Shown here: positions 1 through 12,599 of the stretch, one piece after another | Position numbering within the stretch: the first letter of the stretch is position 1 | Layout: the number at the start of each line of letters is the position of its first letter | Source: Eledone cirrhosa | Taxonomy: Eukaryota | Direction: 5' to 3' | DNA: 64,000 bases | Assembly (NCBI GenBank): GCA_964016885.1 | Contig: OZ024740.1 | Location: forward strand, 416,888,001-416,952,000 | Position numbers and translations under genes: made by a program | Notes under the pieces: model-generated | Databases searched by the model: none | What the model was told of the DNA's origin: nothing | Seen by the model: the letters and a program-made list of their open reading frames with translations, nothing else

Positions 1-2559
1 GTTGGTAAAGTATAGTTTGTTGAAATGTGTTGGTGGTGTTGGCACAGTATAGTTTGTTGTGATGTGTTGGTGGTGTTGGTAGAGTATAGTTTGTTGTGAT
101 GAGTTGGTGGTGTTGGCACAGTATAGTTTGTTGTGATGTGTTGGTGGTGTTGGTAGAGTATAGTTTGTTGTGATGTGTTGGTGTTGTTGGTACAGTATAG
201 TTTGTTGTGATGTGTTGGTGGTGTTCGTACAGTATAGTTTGTTGTGATGTGTTGATGGTGTTGTTAGAGTATAGTTTGTTGTGATGTGTTGATGGTGTTG
301 GTAGAGTATAGTTTGTTGTGATATGTTGGTGGTGTTGGCACAGTATAGTTTGTTGTGATGTGTTGGTGGTGTTGGCACAGCATAGTTTGTTGTGATGTGT
401 TGGTGGTGTTGGCACAGTATAGTTTGTTGTGATGTGTTGGTGGTGTTGTTACAGTATAGTTTGTTGCGATGTGTTGGTGGTGTTGGTACAGTATAGTTTG
501 TTGTGATGTGTTGGTGGTGTTGGTACAGTATAGTTTGTTGTGATGTGTTGGTGGTGTTGGTACAGTATAGTTTGTTGTGATGTGTTGGTGGTGTTGGTAC
601 AGTATAGTTTATTGTGATGTGATGGTGGTGTTGGTACAGTATAATTTGTTGTGATGTGTTGGTTGTGTTGGTACAGTATAGTTTGTTGTGATGTGTTGGT
701 GGTGTTGGTAGAGTACAGTATTATTTTGATGTGTTGGTGGTGTTGGCACAGTATAGTTTGTTGTGATGTGTTGGTGAAGTTGGTACAGTATAGTTTGTTG
801 TGATGAGTTGGTGGTGTTGGTAGAGTATAGTTTGTTGTGATTTGTTGGTGGTGTTGGTAGAGTATAGTTTGTTGTGATGTGTTGGTGGTGTTGACACAGT
901 ATAGTTTGTTGTGATGTGTTGGTGGTGTTGGTACAGTATAGTTTGTTGTGATGTGTTGGTGGTGTTGGGAGAGTATCGTTTGTTGTGATGTGTTGGTGGT
1001 GTTGGCACAGTATAGTTTGTTGTGATGTGTTGGTGGTGTTGGTAGAGTATAGTTTGTTGTGATGTGTTAGTGGTGTTGACACAGAATAGTTTGTTGTGAT
1101 GTGTTGGTGGTGTTGGTAGAGTATAGTTTGTTGTGATGTGTTGGTAGTGTTGGTACAGTATTGTTTGTTGTGATGTGTTGGTGGTGTTGGCACAGTGTAG
1201 TTTGTGGTGATGTGTTGGTAGTGTTGATACAGTATAGTTTGTTGTGATGTGTTGGTGGTGTTGGCACAGTATAGTTTGTTGTGATGTGGTGGTGGTGTTG
1301 GTAGAGTATAGTTTGTTGTGATGTGTTGGTAGTGTTGATACATTATAGTTTGTTGTGATGTGTTGGTGGTGTTGATACAGTATAGTTTGTTGTGATGTGT
1401 TGGTGGTGTTGGCACAGTATAGTTTGTTGTGAGGTGTTGGTGGTGTTGTTACATTATAGTTTGTTGTGATGTGTTGGTGGTGTTGGTACAGTATAGTTTG
1501 TTGTGATGTGTTGGTGGTGTTGGCACAGTATAGTTTGGTGTGATGTGTTGATGGTGTTGGTAGAGTATAGTGTGTTGTGATGTGTTGGTGGTGTTGGCAC
1601 AGTATAGTTTGTTGTGATGTGTTGGTGGTGTTGGTACAGTATAGTTTGTTGTGATGTGTTGGTGGTGTTGGTAGAGTATAGTTTGTTGTGATGTGTTGGT
1701 GCCGTTGGCACAGTCTAGTTTGTTGTGATGTGTTGGTGGTGTTGGCACAGTATAGTCTGTTGTGATGTGTTGGTGGTGTTGGCACAGTATAGTCTGTTGT
1801 GATGTGTTGGTGGTGTTGGTAGAGTATAGTTTGTTGTGATGTGTTGGTAGTGTTGGTACAGTATAGTTTGTTGTGATGTGTTGGTGGTGTTGGTACAGTG
1901 TAGTTTGTGGTGATGTGTTGGTGGTGTTGGCACAGTATAGTTTGTTGTCATGTGTTGGTGGTGTTGGTAGAGTATAGTTTGTTGTGATGTGTTGGTGGTG
2001 TTGGTACATTATAGTTTGTTGTGATGTGTTGGTAGTGTTGATACAGTATAGTTTGTTGTGATGTGTTGGTGGTGTTGGCACAGTATAGTTTGTTGTGATG
2101 TGGTGGTGGTGTTGGTAGAGTATAGTTTGTTGTGATGTGTTGGTGGTGTTGGTAGAGTATAGTTTGTTATGATGTGTTGGTGGTGTTGGTAGAGTATAGT
2201 TTGTTGTGATGTGTTGGTGTTGTTGGTACAGTATAGTTTGTTGTGATGTGTTGGTGGTGTTCGTACAGTATAGTTTGTTGTGATGTGTTGATGGTGTTGT
2301 TAGAGTATAGTTTGTTGTGATGTGTTGATGGTGTTGGTAGAGTATAGTTTGTTGTGATATGTTGGTGGTGTTGGCACAGTATAGTTTGTTGTGATGTGTT
2401 GGTGGTGTTGGCACAGCATAGTTTGTTGTGATGTGTTGGTGGTGTTGTTACAGTATAGTTTGTTGCAATGTGTTGGTGGTGTTGGTACAGTATAGTTTGT
2501 TGTGAAGTGTTGGTGTTGTTGGTAAAGTATAGTTTGTTGAAATGTGTTGGTGGTGTTGG

Positions 2560-5500
2560 CACAGTATAGTTTGTTGTGATGTGTTGGTGGTGTTGGTACA
2601 GTATAGTTTGTTGTGATGTGTTGGTGGTGTTGGTACAGTATAGTTTATTGTGATGTGATGGTGGTGTTGGTACAGTATAATTTGTTGTGATGTGTTGGTT
2701 GTGTTGGTACAGTATAGTTTGTTGTGATGTGTTGGTGGTGTTGGTAGAGTACAGTTTATTTTGATGTGTTGGTGGTGTTGGCACAGTATAGTTTGTTGTG
2801 ATGTGTTGGTGCTGTTGGTACAGTATAGTTTGTTGTGATGAGTTGGTGGTGTTGGTAGAGTATAGTTTGTTGTGATTTGTTGGTGGTGTTGGTAGAGTAT
2901 AGTTTGTTGTGATGTGTTGGTGGTGTTGACACAGTATAGTTTGTTGTGATGTGTTGGTACAGTATAGTTTGTTGTGATGTGTTGGTGGTGTTGGGAGAGT
3001 ATCGTTTGTTGTGATGTGTTGGTGGTGTTGGCACAGTATAGTTTGTTGTGATGTGTTGGTGGTGTTGGTAGAGTATAGTTTGTTGTGATGTGTTGGTGGT
3101 GTTGTCACAGTATAGTTTGTTGTGATGTGTTGGTGGTGTTGGTAGAGTATAGTTTGTTGTGATGTGTTGGTAGTGTTGGTACAGTATTGTTTGTTGTGAT
3201 GTGTTGGTGGTGTTGGTACAGTGTAGTTTGTGGTAATGTGTTGGTAGTGTTGATACAGTATAGTTTGTTGTGATGTGTTGGTGGTGTTGGCACAGTATAG
3301 TTTGTTGTGATGTGGTGGTGGTGTTGGTAGTGTATAGTTTGTTGTGATGTGTTGGTCGTGTTGATACATTATAGTTTGTTGTGATGTGTTGGTGGTGTTG
3401 GCACAGTATAGTTTGTTGTGATGTGGTGGTGGTGTTGGTAGAGTATAGTTTGTTGTGTTGTGTTGGTGGTGTTGGTAGAGTATAGTTTGTTATGATGTGT
3501 TGGTGGTGTTGGTACAGTATAGTTTGTTGTGATGTGTTGGTGGTGTTGGGAGAGTATCGTTTGTTGTGATGTGTTGGTGGTGTTGGCACAGTATAGGTTG
3601 TTGTGATGTGTTGGTGGTGTTGGTAGAGTATAGTTTGTTGTGATGTGTTGGTGGTGTTGACACAGAATAGTTTGTTGTGATGTGTTGGTGGTGTTGGTAG
3701 AGTATAGTTTGTTGTGATGTGTTGGTAGTGTTGGTACAGTATTGTTTGTTGTGATGTGTTGGTGGTGTTGGCACAGTGTAGTTTGTGGTGATGTGTTGGT
3801 AGTGTTGATACAGTATAGTTTGTTGTGATGTGTTGGTGGTGTTGGCACAGTATAGTTTGTTGTGATGAGGTGGTGGTGTTGGTAGAGTATAGTTTGTTGT
3901 GATGTGTTGGTAGTGTTGATACATTATAGTTTGTTGTGATGTGTTGGTGGTGTTGATACAGTATAGTTTGTTGTGATGTGTTGGTGGTGTTGGTAGAGTA
4001 TAGTTTGTTGTGATGTGTTGGTGGTGTTGGCACAGTATAGTTTGTTGTGAGGTGTTGGTGGTGTTGTTACATTATAGTTTGTTGTGATGTGTTGGTGGTG
4101 TTGGTACAGTATAGTTTGTTGTGATGTGTTGGTGGTGTTGGCACAGTATAGTTTGGTGTGATGTGTTGATGGTGTTGGTAGAGTATAGTGTGTTGTGATG
4201 TGTTGGTGGTGTTGGCACAGTATAGTTTGTTGTGATGTGTTGGTGGTGTTGGTACAGTATAGTTTGTTGTGATGGGTTGGTGGTGTTGGTAGAGTATAGT
4301 GTGTTGTGATGTGTTGGTGGTGTTGGCACAGTATAGTTTGTTGTGATGTGTTGGTGGTGTTGGTACAGTATAGTTTGTTGTGATGTGTTGGTGGTGTTGG
4401 TAGAGTATAGTTTGTTGTGATGTGTTGGTGCCGTTGGCACAGTCTAGTTTGTTGTGATGTGTTGGTGGTGTTGGCACAGTGTAGTCTGTTGTGATGTGTT
4501 GGTGGTGTTGGCACAGTATAGTCTGTTGTGATGTGTTGGTGGTGTTGGTAGAGTATAGTTTGTTGTGATGTGTTGGTAGTGTTGGTACAGTATAGTTTGT
4601 TGTGATGTGTTGGTGGTGTTGGTACAGTGTAGTTTGTGGTGATGTGTTGGTGATGTTGGCACAGTATAGTTTGTTGTCATGTGTTGGTGGTGTTGGTAGA
4701 GTATAGTTGGTTGTGATGTCTTGGTGGTGTTGGTATATTATAGTTTGTTGTGATGTGTTGGTAGTGTTGATACAGTATAGTTTGTTGTGATGTGGTGGTG
4801 GTGTTGGTAGAGTATAGTTTGTTGTGATGTGTTGGTGGTGTTGGTAGAGTATAGTTTGTTATGATGTGTTGGTGGTGTTGGTAGAGTATAGTTTGTTGTG
4901 ATGTGTTGGTGTTGTTGGTACAGTATAGTTTGTTGTGATGTGTTGGTGGTGTTCGTACAGTATAGTTTGTTGTGATGTGTTGATGGTGTTGGTAGAGTAT
5001 AGTTTGTTGTGATGTGTTGATGGTGTTGGTAGAGTATAGTTTGTTGTGATATGTTGGTGGTGTTGGCACAGTATAGTTTGTTGTGATGTGTTGGTGGTGT
5101 TGGCACAGCATAGTTTGTTGTGATGTGTTGGTGGTGTTGTTACAGTATAGTTTGTTGCAATGTGTTGGTGGTGTTGGTACAGTATAGTTTGTTGTGATGT
5201 GTTGGTGGTGTTGGTAAAGTATAGTTTGTTGTGATGAGGTGGTGGTGTTGGTAGAGTATAGTTTGTTGTGATGTGTTGGTAGTGTTGATACATTATAGTT
5301 TGTTGTGATGTGTTGGTGGTGTTGATACAGTATAGTTTGTTGTGATGTGTTGGTGGTGTTGGTAGAGTATAGTTTGTTGTGATGTGTTGGTGGTGTTGGC
5401 ACAGTATAGTTTGTTGTGAGGTGTTGGTGGTGTTGTTACATTATAGTTTGTTGTGATGTGTTGGTGGTGTTGGTACAGTATAGTTTGTTGTGATGTGTTG

Positions 5501-8500
5501 GTGGTGTTGGCACAGTATAGTTTGGTGTGATGTGTTGATGGTGTTGGTAGAGTATAGTGTGTTGTGATGTGTTGGTGGTGTTGGCACAGTATAGTTTGTT
5601 GTGATGTGTTGGTGGTGTTGGTACAGTATAGTTTGTTGTGATGGGTTGGTGGTGTTGGTAGAGTATAGTGTGTTGTGATGTGTTGGTGGTGTTGGCACAG
5701 TATAGTTTGTTGTGATGTGTTGGTGGTGTTGGTACAGTATAGTTTGTTGTGATGTGTTGGTGGTGTTGGTAGAGTATAGTTTGTTGTGATGTGTTGGTGC
5801 CGTTGGCACAGTCTAGTTTGTTGTGATGTGTTGGTGGTGTTGGCACAGTGTAGTCTGTTGTGATGTGTTGGTGGTGTTGGCACAGTATAGTCTGTTGTGA
5901 TGTGTTGGTGGTGTTGGTAGAGTATAGTTTGTTGTGATGTGTTGGTAGTGTTGGTACAGTATAGTTTGTTGTGATGTGTTGGTGGTGTTGGTACAGTGTA
6001 GTTTGTGGTGATGTGTTGGTGATGTTGGCACAGTATAGTTTGTTGTCATGTGTTGGTGGTGTTGGTAGAGTATAGTTGGTTGTGATGTCTTGGTGGTGTT
6101 GGTATATTATAGTTTGTTGTGATGTGTTGGTAGTGTTGATACAGTATAGTTTGTTGTGATGTGGTGGTGGTGTTGGTAGAGTATAGTTTGTTGTGATGTG
6201 TTGGTGGTGTTGGTAGAGTATAGTTTGTTATGATGTGTTGGTGGTGTTGGTAGAGTATAGTTTGTTGTGATGTGTTGGTGTTGTTGGTACAGTATAGTTT
6301 GTTGTGATGTGTTGGTGGTGTTCGTACAGTATAGTTTGTTGTGATGTGTTGATGGTGTTGGTAGAGTATAGTTTGTTGTGATGTGTTGATGGTGTTGGTA
6401 GAGTATAGTTTGTTGTGATATGTTGGTGGTGTTGGCACAGTATAGTTTGTTGTGATGTGTTGGTGGTGTTGGCACAGCATAGTTTGTTGTGATGTGTTGG
6501 TGGTGTTGTTACAGTATAGTTTGTTGCAATGTGTTGGTGGTGTTGGTACAGTATAGTTTGTTGTGATGTGTTGGTGGTGTTGGTAAAGTATAGTTTGTTG
6601 AAATGTGTTGGTGGTGTTGGCACAGTATAGTTTGTTGTGATGTGTTGGTGGTGTTGGTAGAGTATAGTTTGTTGTGATGAGTTGGTGGTGTTGGCACAGT
6701 ATAGTTTGTTGTGATGTGTTGGTGGTGTTGGTACAGTATAGTTTGTTGTGATGTGTTGGTGGTGTTGGTACAGTATAGTTTATTGTGATGTGATGGTGGT
6801 GTTGGTACAGTATAATTTGTTGTGATGTGTTGGTTGTGTTGGTACAGTATAGTTTGTTGTGATGTGTTGGTGGTGTTGGTAGAGTACAGTTTATTTTGAT
6901 GTGTTGGTGGTGTTGGCACAGTATAGTTTGTTGTGATGTGTTGGTGCTGTTGGTACAGTATAGTTTGTTGTGATGAGTTGGTGGTGTTGGTAGAGTATAG
7001 TTTGTTGTGATTTGTTGGTGGTGTTGGTAGAGTATAGTTTGTTGTGATGTGTTGGTGGTGTTGACACAGTATAGTTTGTTGTGATGTGTTGGTACAGTAT
7101 AGTTTGTTGTGATGTGTTGGTGGTGTTGGGAGAGTATCGTTTGTTGTGATGTGTTGGTGGTGTTGGCACAGTATAGTTTGTTGTGATGTGTTGGTGGTGT
7201 TGGTAGAGTATAGTTTGTTGTGATGTGTTGGTGGTGTTGTCACAGTATAGTTTGTTGTGATGTGTTGGTGGTGTTGGTAGAGTATAGTTTGTTGTGATGT
7301 GTTGGTAGTGTTGGTACAGTATTGTTTGTTGTGATGTGTTGGTGGTGTTGGTACAGTGTAGTTTGTGGTAATGTGTTGGTAGTGTTGATACAGTATAGTT
7401 TGTTGTGATGTGTTGGTGGTGTTGGCACAGTATAGTTTGTTGTGATGTGGTGGTGGTGTTGGTAGTGTATAGTTTGTTGTGATGTGTTGGTCGTGTTGAT
7501 ACATTATAGTTTGTTGTGATGTGTTGGTGGTGTTGGCACAGTATAGTTTGTTGTGATGTGGTGGTGGTGTTGGTAGAGTATAGTTTGTTGTGTTGTGTTG
7601 GTGGTGTTGGTAGAGTATAGTTTGTTATGATGTGTTGGTGGTGTTGGTACAGTATAGTTTGTTGTGATGTGTTGGTGGTGTTGGGAGAGTATCGTTTGTT
7701 GTGATGTGTTGGTGGTGTTGGCACAGTATAGGTTGTTGTGATGTGTTGGTGGTGTTGGTAGAGTATAGTTTGTTGTGATGTGTTGGTGGTGTTGACACAG
7801 AATAGTTTGTTGTGATGTGTTGGTGGTGTTGGTAGAGTATAGTTTGTTGTGATGTGTTGGTAGTGTTGGTACAGTATTGTTTGTTGTGATGTGTTGGTGG
7901 TGTTGGCACAGTGTAGTTTGTGGTGATGTGTTGGTAGTGTTGATACAGTATAGTTTGTTGTGATGTGTTGGTGGTGTTGGCACAGTATAGTTTGTTGTGA
8001 TGAGGTGGTGGTGTTGGTAGAGTATAGTTTGTTGTGATGTGTTGGTAGTGTTGATACATTATAGTTTGTTGTGATGTGTTGGTGGTGTTGATACAGTATA
8101 GTTTGTTGTGATGTGTTGGTGGTGTTGGTAGAGTATAGTTTGTTGTGATGTGTTGGTGGTGTTGGCACAGTATAGTTTGTTGTGAGGTGTTGGTGGTGTT
8201 GTTACATTATAGTTTGTTGTGATGTGTTGGTGGTGTTGGTACAGTATAGTTTGGTGTGATGTGTTGATGGTGTTGGTAGAGTATAGTGTGTTGTGATGTG
8301 TTGGTGGTGTTGGCACAGTATAGTTTGTTGTGATGTGTTGGTGGTGTTGGTACAGTATAGTTTGTTGTGATGGGTTGGTGGTGTTGGTAGAGTATAGTGT
8401 GTTGTGATGTGTTGGTGGTGTTGGCACAGTATAGTTTGTTGTGATGTGTTGGTGGTGTTGGTACAGTATAGTTTGTTGTGATGTGTTGGTGGTGTTGGTA

Positions 8501-8690
8501 GAGTATAGTTTGTTGTGATGTGTTGGTGCCGTTGGCACAGTCTAGTTTGTTGTGATGTGTTGGTGGTGTTGGCACAGTGTAGTCTGTTGTGATGTGTTGG
8601 TGGTGTTGGCACAGTATAGTCTGTTGTGATGTGTTGGTGGTGTTGGTAGAGTATAGTTTGTTGTGATGTGTTGGTAGTGTTGGTACAGTA
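2560..8690. repeat. Direct block repeat at offset 4135 bp (112 monomers); a third copy lies at about 12.6-14.9 kb
   Basis: Identical 425-aa ORFs at 2756 and 6891 (4135 = 112x37-9) and a near-identical one at 12987. The same variant order (GTCACAG, GGTAATG, GGTCGTG, TAGGTTG) appears in all three copies. Confidence 0.85.
3860..6597. repeat. Tandem block duplication of 37 monomers (1369 bp x 2)
   Basis: Identical ORFs at 3924/5293, 4067/5436, 4444/5813 and 4738/6107, all offset 1369 = 37x37. The marker GATGAGGTGG is at about 3865 and 5234. The junction lies near 5230. Confidence 0.9.
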
Positions 8691-11600
8691 TAGTTTGTTG
8701 TGATGTGTTGGTGGTGTTGGTACAGTATAGTTTATTGTGATGTGATGGTGGTGTTGGTACAGTATAATTTGTTGTGATGTGTTGGTGGTGTTGGTAGAGT
8801 ATAGTTTGTTATGATGTGTTGGTGGTGTTGGTAGAGTATAGTTTGTTGTGATGTGTTGGTGGTGTTGGTAGAGTATAGTTTGTTGTGATGTGTTGGTGTT
8901 GTTGGTACAGTATAGTTTGTTGTGATGTGTTGGTGGTGTTCGTACAGTATAGTTTGTTGTGATGTGTTGATGGTGTTGTTAGAGTATAGTTTGTTGTGAT
9001 GTGTTGATGGTGTTGGTAGAGTATAGTTTGTTGTGATGTGTTGGTGGTGTTCGTACAGTATAGTTTGTTGTGATGTGTTGATGGTGTTTTAGAGTATAGT
9101 TTGTTGTGATGTGTTGATGGTGTTGGTAGAGTATAGTTTGTTGTGATATGTTGGTGGTGTTGGCACAGTATAGTTTGTTGTGATGTGTTGGTGGTGTTGG
9201 CACAGCATAGTTTGTTGTGATGTGTTGGTGGTGTTGGCACAGTATAGTTTGTTGTGATGTGTTGGTGGTGTTGGCACAGTATAGTCTGTTGTGATGTGTT
9301 GGTGGTGTTGGTAGAGTATAGTTTGTTGTGATGTGTTGGTAGTGTTGGTACAGTATAGTTTGTTGTGATGTGTTGGTGGTGTTGGTACAGTATAGTTTGT
9401 TGTGATGTGTTGGTGGTGTTGGTACAGTATAGTTTATTGTGATGTGATGGTGGTGTTGGTACAGTATAATTTGTTGTGATGTGTTGGTGGTGTTGGTAGA
9501 GTATAGTTTGTTATGATGTGTTGGTGGTGTTGGTAGAGTATAGTTTGTTGTGATGTGTTGGTGGTGTTGGTAGAGTATAGTTTGTTGTGATGTGTTGGTG
9601 TTGTTGGTACAGTATAGTTTGTTGTGATGTGTTGGTGGTGTTCGTACAGTATAGTTTGTTGTGATGTGTTGATGGTGTTGTTAGAGTATAGTTTGTTGTG
9701 ATGTGTTGATGGTGTTGGTAGAGTATAGTTTGTTGTGATGTGTTGGTGGTGTTCGTACAGTATAGTTTGTTGTGATGTGTTGATGGTGTTGTTAGAGTAT
9801 AGTTTGTTGTGATGTGTTGATGGTGTTGGTAGAGTATAGTTTGTTGTGATATGTTGGTGGTGTTGGCACAGTATAGTTTGTTGTGATGTGTTGGTGGTGT
9901 TGGCACAGCATAGTTTGTTGTGATGTGTTGGTGGTGTTGGCACAGTATAGTTTGTTGTGATGTGTTGGTGGTGTTGTTACAGTATAGTTTGTTGCGATGT
10001 GTTGGTGGTGTTGGTACAGTATAGTTTGTTGTGATGTGTTGGTGGTGTTGGTACAGTATAGTTTGTTGTGATGTGTTGGTGGTGTTGGTACAGTATAGTT
10101 TGTTGTGATGTGTTGGTGGTGTTGGTACAGTATAGTTTATTGTGATGTGATGGTGGTGTTGGTACAGTATAATTTGTTGTGATGTGTTGGTTGTGTTGGT
10201 ACAGTATAGTTTGTTGTGATGTGTTGGTGGTGTTGGTAGAGTACAGTATTATTTTGATGTGTTGGTGGTGTTGGCACAGTATAGTTTGTTGTGATGTGTT
10301 GGTGAAGTTGTTACAGTATAGTTTGTTGTGATGAGTAGGTGGTGTTGGTAGGGTATAGTTTGTTGTGATTTGTTGGTGGTGTTGGTAGAGTATAGTTTGT
10401 TGTGATGTGTTGGTGGTGTTGACACAGTATAGTTTGTTGTGATGTGTTGGTGGTGTTGGTACAGTATAGTTTGTTGTGATGTGTTGGTGGTGTTGGGAGA
10501 GTATCGTTTGTTGTGATGTGTTGGTGGTGTTGGCACAGTATAGTTTGTTGTGATGTGTTGGTGGTGTTGGTAGAGTATAGTTTGTTGTGATGTGTTAGTG
10601 GTGTTGACACAGAATAGTTTGTTGTGATGTGTTGGTGGTGTTGGTAGAGTATAGTTTGTTGTGATGTGTTGGTAGTGTTGGTACAGTATTGTTTGTTGTG
10701 ATGTGTTGGTGGTGTTGGCACAGTGTAGTTTGTGGTGATGTGTTGGTAGTGTTGATACAGTATAGTTTGTTGTGATGTGTTGGTGGTGTTGGCACAGTAT
10801 AGTTTGTTGTGATGTGGTGGTGGTGTTGGTAGAGTATAGTTTGTTGTGATGTGTTGGTAGTGTTGATACATTATAGTTTGTTGTGATGTGTTGGTGGTGT
10901 TGATACAGTATAGTTTGTTGTGATGTGTTGGTGGTGTTGGCACAGTATAGTTTGTTGTGAGGTGTTGGTGGTGTTGTTACATTATAGTTTGTTGTGATGT
11001 GTTGGTGGTGTTGGTACAGTATAGTTTGTTGTGATGTGTTGGTGGTGTTGGCACAGTATAGTTTGGTGTGATGTGTTGATGGTGTTGGTAGAGTATAGTA
11101 TGTTGTGATGTGTTGGTGGTGTTGGCACAGTATAGTTTGTTGTGATGTGTTGGTGGTGTTGGTACAGTATAGTTTGTTGTGATGTGTTGGTGGTGTTGGT
11201 AGAGTATAGTTTGTTGTGATGTGTTGGTGCCGTTGGCACAGTCTAGTTTGTTGTGATGTGTTGGTGGTGTTGGCACAGTATAGTCTGTTGTGATGTGTTG
11301 GTGGTGTTGGCACAGTATAGTCTGTTGTGATGTGTTGGTGGTGTTGGTAGAGTATAGTTTGTTGTGATGTGTTGGTAGTGTTGGTACAGTATAGTTTGTT
11401 GTGATGTGTTGGTGGTGTTGGTACAGTGTAGTTTGTTGTGATGTGTTGGTGGTGTTGGCACAGTATAGTCTGTTGTGATGTGTTGGTGGTGTTGGTAGAG
11501 TATAGTTTGTTGTGATGTGTTGGTAGTGTTGGTACAGTATAGTTTGTTGTGATGTGTTGGTGGTGTTGGTACAGTGTAGTTTGTGGTGATGTGTTGGTGG

Positions 11601-12599
11601 TGTTGGCACAGTATAGTTTGTTGTCATGTGTTGGTGGTGTTGGTAGAGTATAGTTTGTTGTGATGTGTTGGTGCCGTTGGCACAGTCTAGTTTGTTGTGA
11701 TGTGTTGGTGGTGTTGGCACAGTATAGTCTGTTGTGATGTGTTGGTGGTGTTGGCACAGTATAGTCTGTTGTGATGTGTTGGTGGTGTTGGTAGAGTATA
11801 GTTTGTTGTGATGTGTTGGTGCCGTTGGCACAGTCTAGTTTGTTGTGATGTGTTGGTGGTGTTGGCACAGTATAGTCTGTTGTGATGTGTTGGTGGTGTT
11901 GGCACAGTATAGTCTGTTGTGATGTGTTGGTGGTGTTGGTAGAGTATAGTTTGTTGTGATGTGTTGGTAGTGTTGGTACAGTATAGTTTGTTGTGATGTG
12001 TTGGTGGTGTTGGTACAGTGTAGTTTGTGGTGATGTGTTGGTGGTGTTGGCACAGTATAGTTTGTTGTCATGTGTTGGTGGTGTTGGTAGAGTATAGTTT
12101 GTTGTGATGTGTTGGTGGTGTTGGTACATTATAGTTTGTTGTGATGTGTTGGTAGTGTTGATACAGTATAGTTTGTTGTGATGTGTTGGTGGTGTTGGCA
12201 CAGTATAGTTTGTTGTGATGTGGTGGTGGTGTTGGTAGAGTATAGTTTGTTGTGATGTGTTGGTGGTGTTGGTAGAGTATAGTTTGTTATGATGTGTTGG
12301 TGGTGTTGGTAGAGTATAGTTTGTTGTGATGTGTTGGTGGTGTTGGTAGAGTATAGTTTGTTGTGATGTGTTGGTGTTGTTGGTACAGTATAGTTTGTTG
12401 TGATGTGTTGGTGGTGTTCGTACAGTATAGTTTGTTGTGATGTGTTGATGGTGTTGTTAGAGTATAGTTTGTTGTGATGTGTTGATGGTGTTGGTAGAGT
12501 ATAGTTTGTTGTGATATGTTGGTGGTGTTGGCACAGTATAGTTTGTTGTGATGTGTTGGTGGTGTTGGCACAGCATAGTTTGTTGTGATGTGTTGGTGG

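Noticed and set aside
3860-6597. Duplication length 1369 = 37 squared
   Set aside because: This is a numerical coincidence. The other blocks span many different monomer counts.
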